DNA from: an uncultured Candidatus Saccharibacteria bacterium
GTDB taxonomy: Bacteria > Patescibacteriota > Minisyncoccia > UBA6257 > 1-14-0-10-44-23
Assembly: GCA_964641225.1 (NCBI GenBank)
Contig: CAZXKC010000003.1
Span: 1,177 to 65,176, forward strand
Length of the DNA: 64,000 nucleotides
Reading direction: 5' to 3'
The first letter of the stretch is position 1. The number at the start of each line of letters is the position of its first letter. The notes beneath the pieces were generated by a model. That model ran no database searches, was not told the DNA's origin, and saw only the letters and a list, made by a program, of their open reading frames with translations. Of the stretch, positions 55,974 to 64,000 are shown piece by piece. The position numbers and the translations under genes are program-made.

Positions 55974-56663
55974 ATGGCAACGGCTGCAAAGAATGCGCTT
56001 CCAACGCAAGATTTTGTTACGGTAAGCGCCGTTAAAAACGGCGTCCTGATTCTGAAAAATGGCGGTTTGCGCCAAATTTTGCTTGTTTCAGGAATCAATT
56101 TTGATCTTAAAAGCGAGGATGAGCAAAATGCAGTGATTGCCGGCTATCAAAACTTTCTTAATTCGCTCAATTTCACCGTTCAAATTTTTATTCATTCGCG
56201 TAAAGTGAATATTCAGGGATATATTGAAAATCTTGCGCGCCTTGAAGCAGCAGAGAGCAATCCGCTCCTTAAAACTCAAATCGGCGAATACAAAGAATTC
56301 ATTAAGGCCTTTACGAGCGAAAACGCAATTATGCAGAAAAGTTTCTTCGTTGTTGTCCCATATGACCCGATTCAATTAGGAGGAAATGGAGAAAAACCAA
56401 GTTTTTTGAGTGGAATCTTTGGGAAAAAAGGTGCGGATGCAGATGAGGCGCGAAAGACCGAGGCCGACAATCGCTTCGCAGAACAAGCCGGACAATTATC
56501 ACAACGCACCGAACAGATTGCGACCGGGCTGAGCCAGCTTGGTTTACGAGCCACGCCGCTCGAAGACCAAGAGGCGATTGAGCTGCTTTACAACCTCTAT
56601 AACCCTGAGTCTGTCGAGAAAAAAGGACTTCGCCTTACCGACGAAGTAAAACCGATCGCATAA
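55974..56663 (+). CDS. VirB4/TraE-like conjugal ATPase, N-terminal fragment (ends at in-frame TAA)
   Basis: DFVTVSAVKNGVLILKNGGLRQILLVSGINFDLKSEDEQNAVIAGYQNFLNSLNFTVQIFI matches the Gram-positive VirB4 (Orf16/PrgJ-type) N-terminus. Confidence 0.6.
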   Translation: MATAAKNALPTQDFVTVSAVKNGVLILKNGGLRQILLVSGINFDLKSEDEQNAVIAGYQNFLNSLNFTVQIFIHSRKVNIQGYIENLARLEAAESNPLLKTQIGEYKEFIKAFTSENAIMQKSFFVVVPYDPIQLGGNGEKPSFLSGIFGKKGADADEARKTEADNRFAEQAGQLSQRTEQIATGLSQLGLRATPLEDQEAIELLYNLYNPESVEKKGLRLTDEVKPIA

Positions 56664-56696
56664 CACCATGGATCCCGTACGAATCACACAACCATC

Positions 56697-58403
56697 ATGG
56701 ATGATACTGTAAAAAATATTATTGCACCGGCGGCACTCGAGGTTTCGCCTAACTACATAAAACTTGGCAATAAATACGCCAAAACATTCTTTATATTTAC
56801 ATATCCGCGCTATCTTTCGACGGGTTGGTTTTCGCCAATCATCAATTATCCGGACCTGCTCGATGTCAGCATTGTTATCAATCCAGTTGATTCGGTATCG
56901 GCACTTAAGCAGTTGCGCAGAAAGGCGACTCAGGTTGAGGCGCAGCTTATTGAGCGCGAATCAAAAGGCATGATTCGTGACCCAATTCTGGAGACTGCAC
57001 GACAAGATATCGAGTCGCTGCGTGACGGCCTGCAGCAGGGGCAGGAAAACATGTTCGCCGTTGGCGTGTATATAACGCTCTACGCTGAAACAGTTGAGGC
57101 GCTTACGAAGCTCGACGGTAAAATTACAAATCTCCTAGAAAGTCGTTTAATTTACGCAAAGCCAACACTCTTCCAGCAAGTCGAGGGGTTGACCTCGGTC
57201 ATGCCGATCCAAAGCGACAGGTTAAATATTACGAGTCAGATGAATTCCGGCCCGGCCTCATCGCTCTTCCCGTTTGTCTCGTTTAACATGACGACCGACC
57301 AAGGAATCATGTACGGCATCAACCGGCACAACAACACACTAATCATCTTTGATCGATTTAGTCTGGAAAATGCCAACATGGTGATCTTTGCAAAATCCGG
57401 TTCTGGTAAATCATATGCGGCAAAACTTGAAGCACTACGCCTTCTGATGACGGGCACAGACGTCATTATTATTGACCCGGAAAATGAATACGAAAAATTA
57501 GCCACAGCCGTCGGCGGCAGCTATTTCAAAATTAGTCTTGGATCGCAATATCACATCAATCCATTTGAAATTCCGATTATTCCAAAGGACGAGGACCCAG
57601 GCGAGGTACTGCGTAGCCACATCGTCACGCTAACTGGCCTTATCAAACTCATGGTGGGGGAGACGACTCCAGAGGAGGACACGATTATTGATCGTGGCTT
57701 AAACGAAGCCTATGCATCGCGCGAAATTATTCCGGGCAAGGATTTTTCAAACGCAACTGCGCCGGTACTTAAAGACCTGGAGACGATCTTCCGCAACATG
57801 GATGGCGGCTCCTCGCTTGCCGAACGGCTGTACCGCTTTACTGAAGGCAGCTTCTCAGGCTTTACCAACCAGCCGACCAATATCGACCTTCACAACCGGT
57901 TAATTGTGTTCTCAATTCGCGATCTCGAAGAGGAGCTGCGCCCGATTGCAATGTACATCGTCCTCAACTTTATCTGGAGCCTGATCCGCGGTGAATTTAA
58001 AAAACGCATTGTGATGATCGATGAGGCATGGATCTTAATGAAGAACCGCGACAGCGCCACATTCTTGTTCGGCCTGGTCAAACGCGCACGCAAATACTTC
58101 CTTGGCATTACGACGATCACCCAAGACGTAGAAGACTTTTTGTTGTCGCCCTACGGCAGACCAATTCTGACCAACTCAAGCCTGCAGCTCCTGCTCAAGC
58201 AGGCGCCTGCAATGCTTGATACGCTTTCTAAAACATTTAACCTGTCTGAAGGGGAGCGCGGACTACTCCTCGAGGCTAATGTCGGTCAAGGATTATTCTT
58301 TGCCGGTCAAAATCACGCGGCTATTCAAATTGTTGCCAGCTATCCGGAAAACCAACTGATCACCACGAATCCTGAGGAGCTACTAGCTCAAGGCAAAGAA
58401 TAA
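56697..58403 (+). CDS. VirB4-like T4SS ATPase, C-terminal ATPase portion
   Basis: Walker A FAKSGSGKS, Walker B VMIDEAW; same reading frame as 55974-56663, separated by one TAA and 33 nt. Confidence 0.75.
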   Translation: MDDTVKNIIAPAALEVSPNYIKLGNKYAKTFFIFTYPRYLSTGWFSPIINYPDLLDVSIVINPVDSVSALKQLRRKATQVEAQLIERESKGMIRDPILETARQDIESLRDGLQQGQENMFAVGVYITLYAETVEALTKLDGKITNLLESRLIYAKPTLFQQVEGLTSVMPIQSDRLNITSQMNSGPASSLFPFVSFNMTTDQGIMYGINRHNNTLIIFDRFSLENANMVIFAKSGSGKSYAAKLEALRLLMTGTDVIIIDPENEYEKLATAVGGSYFKISLGSQYHINPFEIPIIPKDEDPGEVLRSHIVTLTGLIKLMVGETTPEEDTIIDRGLNEAYASREIIPGKDFSNATAPVLKDLETIFRNMDGGSSLAERLYRFTEGSFSGFTNQPTNIDLHNRLIVFSIRDLEEELRPIAMYIVLNFIWSLIRGEFKKRIVMIDEAWILMKNRDSATFLFGLVKRARKYFLGITTITQDVEDFLLSPYGRPILTNSSLQLLLKQAPAMLDTLSKTFNLSEGERGLLLEANVGQGLFFAGQNHAAIQIVASYPENQLITTNPEELLAQGKE

Positions 58404-59071
58404 TGCGGTATACTGAAGATATGTCTGTCGTGCGGCGCATCACCGCTTTGCTTAGCATACTCACGGTTCTAACCATGAGTCAGTTTGCATTTGCACAATC
58501 AACCCCGAAACTGCTTATTACCTGGCAGGCACACACGCTGGTGAGCCCACTCTATAAAGGAAAGGCGCTGCCCTCTGCCGGTAGCTCGATAGATGTCAAA
58601 CTACTTGCCCTACAAGGCGATACAATACTCAACCTGGCTGCGCAGGATATTACCTGGCTGCTTAACGGCACAAAAATTGCCAGCGGCAAAGGCCTGACCT
58701 CGCTCGTAGTGCCGCTCAATTATTTTGGCACCTCGCACTATACGCTGACCGCACTGCTTCCTGACTACGAGGGAGTTAATTTGAGCCAGGCGATCGCAAT
58801 CGATACGACCACGCCGCAGCTGATTATTACCGGCACGCCCAGCGCAAGGCAGTCAACGCTTGCATCGCTGTCTGCCTTTGGATATTTTTTTAACGCCCTT
58901 CGGCAATCTGATCTCGACATAACCTGGAGCGCAGGAGGAGTTAGTCAGTCGGGCAGATCAATCACGCTTGATTATGGCACTCGCTCGTCACTGAGCGTGC
59001 AAGCGCAGGCGCGCAACCTACTTCAGCAATATGAACAGGCCCGTGCAAACTACACCATCTACCACCCATAA
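58403..59071 (+). CDS. secreted hypothetical protein
   Basis: signal peptide; ORF track. Confidence 0.4.
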   Translation: MRYTEDMSVVRRITALLSILTVLTMSQFAFAQSTPKLLITWQAHTLVSPLYKGKALPSAGSSIDVKLLALQGDTILNLAAQDITWLLNGTKIASGKGLTSLVVPLNYFGTSHYTLTALLPDYEGVNLSQAIAIDTTTPQLIITGTPSARQSTLASLSAFGYFFNALRQSDLDITWSAGGVSQSGRSITLDYGTRSSLSVQAQARNLLQQYEQARANYTIYHP

Positions 59072-59072
59072 T

Positions 59073-60167
59073 ATGCGCAAAACAAGCATCATCCTTGGAG
59101 TCTTTCTGCTGAGTATTGCCGCCTGCGCCTATGTGTATGCAGAGGAAAACGCAACGACACTCATCGTTCCGATTAATAACGTAAGCACCGTTACAAGCCC
59201 GGGTCAGTATATTAATTTAATTTATCGCTGGGGTCTTGGTCTTGCAGCACTTGTTGCGCTTGCGCGCCTGGTAATGGGCGGCGTACTTAAAACGCTCTCA
59301 GCGGGTAACGTAGTCGAAGAGGGAGCGGCCAATCAGGTTATTAAAGACGGCATCTTCGGCCTTATTTTGCTTATTTCAATTGCCCTTATTCTAACGACAA
59401 TCAATCCAAATTTAACCTCCATCGACCTGCCGAGTCCGGGAGAGGTCAAAGTACAGAGAGCGGTAATACCAGGCAGTTCCAGTACCGCCTCCATTAGATT
59501 TGTTCCAGAAAATGCGACCGAGAATGTTAAAAGGCCATACGTCACCCTCTACGGCCTTATCGATGAATACGTGAACAAGAAAAAAGTTGGCTTAGCAGTC
59601 AATATTAATTTCGTGACCGGCTACATAGGAAGCAGCCCGGCTGGATTTTCGGATATCTATGACTACATGACCGCTGCTACCGAAGCGGAACAAAAAAATG
59701 ATATTGCCAATCGTGACTTCTACCGTGACGTCGTACTCAAAGGGATACGGTACGCAAAAACAGTCATGGAACCGGCTGATTTTGCTCTTGTAACTGACAT
59801 CATGAATAAACAAGTCCCGGCAGAACTTAATGCAAAAGAATACCTTAAAGACAATCCATCATTCCCCGAATATAAAGCACCGCAAAGAGGGAGCGCAGAA
59901 CAGGAACGAGCCCTTATTTTACAAGAGGCGGCGAATTTAAACACAGAAGACAAGAAATTATTTGCGAAATTTAAAGAAGACATCGATGACGAAGAAAGCT
60001 TTGTCGCAGACAGCATCACCTCGCATGCGAAAAGCCCAGCGGCTCAGCTCGCTATAAATTACGCAAAAGTCACCTTCGACACGGAGTACTACGCTCGTTT
60101 TGTAGGCAGACTAAAATATGAACGAATTTACGAATATAATCCTGATATTAAAATTCCACCGCTATGA
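59073..60167 (+). CDS. membrane protein with VirB2/TrbC-like N-terminal hydrophobic hairpin plus long C-terminal domain
   Basis: signal peptide then two hydrophobic segments (GLGLAALVALARLVMGGV / IFGLILLISIALILTTI); context. Confidence 0.4.
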   Translation: MRKTSIILGVFLLSIAACAYVYAEENATTLIVPINNVSTVTSPGQYINLIYRWGLGLAALVALARLVMGGVLKTLSAGNVVEEGAANQVIKDGIFGLILLISIALILTTINPNLTSIDLPSPGEVKVQRAVIPGSSSTASIRFVPENATENVKRPYVTLYGLIDEYVNKKKVGLAVNINFVTGYIGSSPAGFSDIYDYMTAATEAEQKNDIANRDFYRDVVLKGIRYAKTVMEPADFALVTDIMNKQVPAELNAKEYLKDNPSFPEYKAPQRGSAEQERALILQEAANLNTEDKKLFAKFKEDIDDEESFVADSITSHAKSPAAQLAINYAKVTFDTEYYARFVGRLKYERIYEYNPDIKIPPL

Positions 60168-61276
60168 ACGCTAAGAAAATTCTCATCGTCATAGGCATCT
60201 TGATTCTTGCAGGCGCAGGTGGTTATTTTGCCTTCCAAAAAATCGCAGCGCCTACGACAACCGGCACCGGTAACCCATCGACATCGTTCCTGCCAGAATC
60301 AGACCAACAAACCTCGCAATCCTCAACATCGCAGCTCGCCACACTAAGCGATATTCCTGTTCTAGATTTTTGGATTGATCGAGGAGATAAAACTATATAT
60401 TTTATCAGCACCGACAACTCGATATATGCACTGCCGGCTGGGCAAACGACAAGCCCAGAGAAAATGCATGATCTCAGCAGTGACCCGCTCTTACTGACGC
60501 CATCTGCAGAGGGAAGCGCGGCACTTATCCAAACCAAGGGCTTAACAGACAATCTTTTCTCGGTTATTAATCCAAGTATGGGTTCGCAGATCTTCTTGCC
60601 GCTTGGCACCGGCGCAGCAACATGGGGAACAACGAATAAAGAGGTGATCTATTTGAGCGATAAAAAATTCAATAGCCGAACTCCAGCGGGATTGTATAGG
60701 TTTACGCTTGCAACAAAGCGATCAACGTTTATAGGGCCACTCGATATCACCGATGTGACGCTGAATCTTATAAGCGCAGACGAACTTGTCGTGCAGCAAA
60801 AATCATCAGCGGGCGTATCCAGCGAGATGTTTGTATATAACCTGAAGAAAAAAACACTTATGCAATATGGCGCAAGCGGGACAGGACTCAGTGTGCGCTG
60901 GGCTCCATCAGGAGCAAAGGCTATTATAAATTCCTTTGCGCCAAATTCGAACCTTAGCTATCTTAGTCAGGGCAAGACTATCACGCTCAGCGCGCAAACG
61001 ATGCCAGAAAAATGCACGTTTTTTACGACCTCGCTGCTGTGCGGCGTGCCCAAAACGCCTCTGAATAATTCAAATTGGGCGCTCCCAGACGACTACTATC
61101 TTGGTAAACTGCTCACAGACGATACCTTGTTCCAGATAAATCCCGAAACAAATCTAACGACTTCAATATATGCGCCAGTTGAATCGATAGACATGTTTAA
61201 ACCGCTTTATGATGCCGGGACCCTCTACTTCATCAACCGACACGACAACAAACTGTATTCGCTCGCTCTCGACTAG
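60164..61276 (+). CDS. membrane-anchored hypothetical protein
   Basis: ORF track; N-terminal TM. Confidence 0.4.
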   Translation: MNAKKILIVIGILILAGAGGYFAFQKIAAPTTTGTGNPSTSFLPESDQQTSQSSTSQLATLSDIPVLDFWIDRGDKTIYFISTDNSIYALPAGQTTSPEKMHDLSSDPLLLTPSAEGSAALIQTKGLTDNLFSVINPSMGSQIFLPLGTGAATWGTTNKEVIYLSDKKFNSRTPAGLYRFTLATKRSTFIGPLDITDVTLNLISADELVVQQKSSAGVSSEMFVYNLKKKTLMQYGASGTGLSVRWAPSGAKAIINSFAPNSNLSYLSQGKTITLSAQTMPEKCTFFTTSLLCGVPKTPLNNSNWALPDDYYLGKLLTDDTLFQINPETNLTTSIYAPVESIDMFKPLYDAGTLYFINRHDNKLYSLALD

Positions 61277-61310
61277 AACAACAAAGCCGCCCAAGGGCGG
61301 CTTTGTTGTT
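61277..61310. terminator. intrinsic terminator aacaacaaagccgcc-caag-ggcggctttgttgtt (bidirectional)
   Basis: 15-bp stem between convergent genes. Confidence 0.7.
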
Positions 61311-61324
61311 AGATTATTCGTTGA

Positions 61325-61756
61325 CTAGATAGGCTTAATTACTACGCATCGATCCTTGCCCTCGCCGGCGCTCTCAGTTTTAACATCAGGGCGCATTGAA
61401 AGCTCGGTGTGCACGAGACGGCGCTCGTAGGCATTCATAGCAGGTAGGCGAACCTCGGTCTTAGTCACAATTACTTTTTGAGCAGCAGCCTTTGCGATTT
61501 CTAAAATCAGCTTTTCGCGCTCTTTACGATAATTGTTAATGTCGATTACATACGTCGGCTCATCGGTTTTGCGCGCAAGCACGGCGGCGAGATATTTTAA
61601 ATCCTTCACCAAATCAGGAATATGCTTACTAAACCACTCGTCTTCATCGGCGGTAATACTAATTCTGCGGCCAGCCTCGTCAACCTCAACCGCCATGTTG
61701 CGTAGTGAGAGGTAGCCGATAACCTTCTTTAGTTTTTCAGGAAGCGTGTCAGCCAT
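61325..61756 (-). CDS. jag: Jag/KhpB RNA-binding protein (KH plus R3H domains)
   Basis: R3H motif MNAYERRLVH; position downstream of yidC. Confidence 0.7.
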   Translation of the reverse strand: MADTLPEKLKKVIGYLSLRNMAVEVDEAGRRISITADEDEWFSKHIPDLVKDLKYLAAVLARKTDEPTYVIDINNYRKEREKLILEIAKAAAQKVIVTKTEVRLPAMNAYERRLVHTELSMRPDVKTESAGEGKDRCVVIKPI

Positions 61757-61763
61757 ATAGAAG

Positions 61764-62459
61764 TTACGAAGTTTTTACGAGCGCCTGCTGCTTACTAATG
61801 CTCATCTGTTGGAATATAGAGAAGATCGCCGTCGTAGTCCAGTATAAACCAATAGCGGCAGGAAGTTTAGGCAGAATAATCACCGTAAGCACTGGCGCCA
61901 AATAGGCCATATATTTCATGCTCGCTGGCTGCTTAACACCGCGGGCGGCCGACTGCTTCATCATCATATGACTCTGCACAAAGGTTGCACCTACGGCGAT
62001 TGCCACGATGATTAAGTTTGGTTTAGCAATATCAATCAAGCCCACAAACATCGTATTAATAGTGGTAGGCGCCGGAATAAATGAATACAAATTTGCTAGG
62101 CTATCGGCTGTAATACCAACCAAGAAAATCCGGTACACGGCAAATAAAATTGGCAGCTGGATAAAGGTATAAAAAATTGAAGAGAATGGATTGGTGCCAT
62201 ATTTCTTGTACATGGCCATCATCTCCTCAGCCTGCTTAGCCTTATCGTTCTTATACTGTTCCTGGATCTTCTTCATCTCCGGCTGCATCTGCTGCATCAC
62301 CATCTGGCTCTTAAGACCCTTATAAAAAATAGGGTATAGAATAAACCGAATCGCCAGCGTAAGACCGATAATAGCCAGCCCAAGATCGCCAAAAGTAACG
62401 TATTTATAGAAGACAATCAGCAGGTTAAAAAGAGGCTGTATAAGGATGAGATTAAACAT
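61764..62459 (-). CDS. yidC: membrane protein insertase YidC (short form)
   Basis: conserved YidC/Oxa1 core with 5 TM; rnpA-yidC-jag synteny. Confidence 0.85.
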   Translation of the reverse strand: MFNLILIQPLFNLLIVFYKYVTFGDLGLAIIGLTLAIRFILYPIFYKGLKSQMVMQQMQPEMKKIQEQYKNDKAKQAEEMMAMYKKYGTNPFSSIFYTFIQLPILFAVYRIFLVGITADSLANLYSFIPAPTTINTMFVGLIDIAKPNLIIVAIAVGATFVQSHMMMKQSAARGVKQPASMKYMAYLAPVLTVIILPKLPAAIGLYWTTTAIFSIFQQMSISKQQALVKTS

Positions 62460-62476
62460 AGTAGGAGATAAAGAGG

Positions 62477-62785
62477 CTATATAAGCGAACGCAATTCTTC
62501 AAGAATAGCATGCTCTGGTGCGCTGCGCGCGGAGGCATGTACGGTTATAACGACATCAACCGACGGTTGCGTTAGAATACGCTGCTCCAGCGCATTATAC
62601 AAGAGCCGGCGCAGCGCATTGCGCGCGGTAGCCCGCTTATCGACAGACGAGCCAATAACAACCCCGAAGCGGCTGTAGGCGAGCGCTCCTGTCATTATTT
62701 TTAAACTAAGATACCGGCCCCTTTTCAGAGTGCCTCGTACGCGCAGGACAGACTGAACTGGGAGCCGGTATTTTTTAGCAAGCAT
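62477..62785 (-). CDS. rnpA: ribonuclease P protein component
   Basis: basic 102-aa protein with the RnpA pattern (KKYRL...RNALRR); synteny. Confidence 0.8.
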   Translation of the reverse strand: MLAKKYRLPVQSVLRVRGTLKRGRYLSLKIMTGALAYSRFGVVIGSSVDKRATARNALRRLLYNALEQRILTQPSVDVVITVHASARSAPEHAILEELRSLI

Positions 62786-62817
62786 GGGAGATAGTAATTC
62801 GCTGCAAAACCCAAGCG

Positions 62818-62952
62818 TTAGACTGACAACTTCTTGCGACCCTTGCGACGACGCGCTTTCAGAACTCGGCGACCGTAGCCCGTGCTGCTGCGCTTAAGAA
62901 ATCCGTGTGTACGTGCTCGCTTTCGCTTCTTGGGTTGGTAAGTTTTGCTCAT
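62818..62952 (-). CDS. rpmH: 50S ribosomal protein L34 (not in the ORF track, 44 aa)
   Basis: hand-translated [44 protein letters not shown], canonical L34. Confidence 0.85.
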   Translation of the reverse strand: MSKTYQPKKRKRARTHGFLKRSSTGYGRRVLKARRRKGRKKLSV

Positions 62953-63317
62953 ATATTTGTGAGCTCTATACTACAAGAAAAAAAATAATTACGCAAGTCG
63001 GGATGTTCTCGACTATACCCGCACACCAACTGCTAGAAAAATCTTTGACAGCAAAAAAATTGCGTAATAAAATCGCGGCGTCGGGCTGGCCCTTGCTACT
63101 GAGTTGGTGTGCGGGTATAGTTATGCACACCTCATCCACACTTTGTTCTAAATCGCCAGTTTGACGGACTCTCGCATACGACTAAAATGGTAAGCGAGAA
63201 GTGATAGAGGTAGTAGCGATTAGAGGTAGTAGTAAAAATTTAAAGTCTTTTCGTATCGCAACCTCTTCTAATCCCTGTAGCACCTCTAAAGTCCTCTAAT
63301 CCCTCTTTTTCTACCTT
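62953..63317. promoter_or_regulatory. oriC / dnaA upstream region: 19-bp inverted repeat (63013-63031 / 63102-63120) enclosing a TTGACA-N17-TAAAAT promoter, two DnaA-box-like 9-mers (63121-63140), TAGAGGTAGTAG repeats (63200-63240)
   Basis: read directly; TTATGCACA and TCATCCACA each differ by 1 nt from TTATCCACA; rpmH|dnaA intergenic position. Confidence 0.6.
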
Positions 63318-64000
63318 ATGAACTATAACGACGATGCATTGATCCAAACGAGTGCTTCTTCTAATAATGAAGAACTGCTTGATGAGGCATCGCTCGAGCG
63401 ACTCTGGCAGGCGGCATTAGGAGAAATTGAGATCCAAGTATCACGACCCAACTTTGTAACCTGGTTTAAAAACAGCCGCTTCCTTCAAAAGAAGGGGAAT
63501 TCGGCATGCGTCGGGCTGCCAAACAATTTCGCCAAAGAATGGATTGAAAACAAGTACTCCAAGGTTGTCCTTGGCGCTCTGCGCACCCTTGAACAGAGCA
63601 TTATGAAGGTTGAATTCGTTGTCGTCGGCAGCAAGGGCGCTCCGACCAAGCCGCGACCATCTGCTACGCGCCCCGAAGAGACTCAGATGACCTTCCCGGA
63701 GTTTAAAATCGACCCAGAAACCGGGCTGAACCCGCGCTATTCCTTTGGCTCATTTATTGTCGGTAAATCAAACGAGCTGGCGTACGCAGCGGCAACCGCC
63801 ATCGTCGAAGAAATTGGCAAAAAATACAACCCGCTCTTTATTTATGGCGGCGTTGGCCTTGGTAAAACCCATTTAACCCAGGCGCTTGGCAACGAAATTG
63901 CAACGCGCTACCAAAATAAAATTCGCGTAAAGTACGCACCGGCAGAGAAATTCACCAACGAGGTGATTTGGGCAATCAAGAATAAGCGCATGGAGACGAT
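63318..64000 (+). CDS. dnaA: chromosomal replication initiator DnaA (5' partial, runs off the window end; not in the ORF track)
   Basis: hand-translated: ...SFGSFIVGKSNELAYAAATAIVEEIGKKYNPLFIYGGVGLGKTHLTQALGNEI (AAA+ Walker A of DnaA). Confidence 0.9.
   Translation, partial: MNYNDDALIQTSASSNNEELLDEASLERLWQAALGEIEIQVSRPNFVTWFKNSRFLQKKGNSACVGLPNNFAKEWIENKYSKVVLGALRTLEQSIMKVEFVVVGSKGAPTKPRPSATRPEETQMTFPEFKIDPETGLNPRYSFGSFIVGKSNELAYAAATAIVEEIGKKYNPLFIYGGVGLGKTHLTQALGNEIATRYQNKIRVKYAPAEKFTNEVIWAIKNKRMET

Noticed and set aside
1-64000. CRISPR arrays or rRNA genes
   Set aside because: No regularly spaced direct repeats of 24-48 bp and no rRNA-like conserved blocks were seen. The only structured RNAs I can support are tRNA-Phe and tRNA-His.

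Overview
This is a bacterial chromosomal segment of moderate GC (roughly mid-40s %) that ends at the replication origin (rpmH-rnpA-yidC-jag | oriC | dnaA, dnaA truncated by the window end). The small, divergent proteins and a Gram-positive-like type IV secretion cluster suggest a Patescibacteria/Saccharibacteria-like genome; that is inference only.

Core genes recognised from sequence:
- rpmE, class II B12-dependent RNR (nrdJ), recA, rplY
- a pyrimidine deoxynucleotide cluster: NDT-like protein, CDA-fold deaminase, dcd, a thyA-family enzyme and folA
- fba, rpsA, rpsO, a NYN/LabA protein, pnp, comM/yifB, a DksA/TraR-like zinc finger, a LysM-M23 peptidase, pcrA/uvrD, rsmA

Between tRNA-His (6095-6169) and the DedA/recA block (~24.9 kb) lies a mosaic stretch that looks accessory. 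A large serine recombinase gene's last codons overlap the tRNA-His 3' end, and a tyrosine recombinase, an HTH/zinc-ribbon protein and AT-rich small hypothetical genes follow. Then come a DUF4352 surface protein, a DUF559 endonuclease-like gene and a copper/thiol-redox island (DUF305, CPH-type P1B ATPase, DUF1573, CcdA-like, a CsoR repressor with its palindromic operator). The stretch ends with a 1190-aa Upf1-like SF1 helicase fused to a Vsr/DUF559-like nuclease domain beside a small PD-(D/E)xK-like protein. A tRNA-Phe and an HNH endonuclease gene (whose stop lies inside tRNA-His) sit just upstream.

A T4SS-like cluster at 48.9-61.3 kb holds VirB6-like, PrgI/VirB3-like and VirB2-like proteins, a PG-binding protein, and a VirB4 ATPase split by a single in-frame TAA.

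Points worth a second look:
1. The thyA-family enzyme has Asp at the position that is Asn in all canonical thymidylate synthases (the dUMP/dCMP specificity switch), within a dcd-deaminase-NDT-like-folA cluster.
2. The helicase-nuclease pair.
3. Three GC-rich small-gene islands, each with a consensus sigma-70 promoter, a GGAGG Shine-Dalgarno and a terminator (103-423, 1141-1492, 34208-34590).
4. Twin 18-bp palindromes, a 20-bp element shared by the rpmE and pcrA promoter regions, and dispersed TAGAGGTA repeat arrays.
5. The in-frame stop in virB4.
6. A 19-bp inverted repeat enclosing a consensus promoter in oriC.

No CRISPR array and no rRNA were seen.
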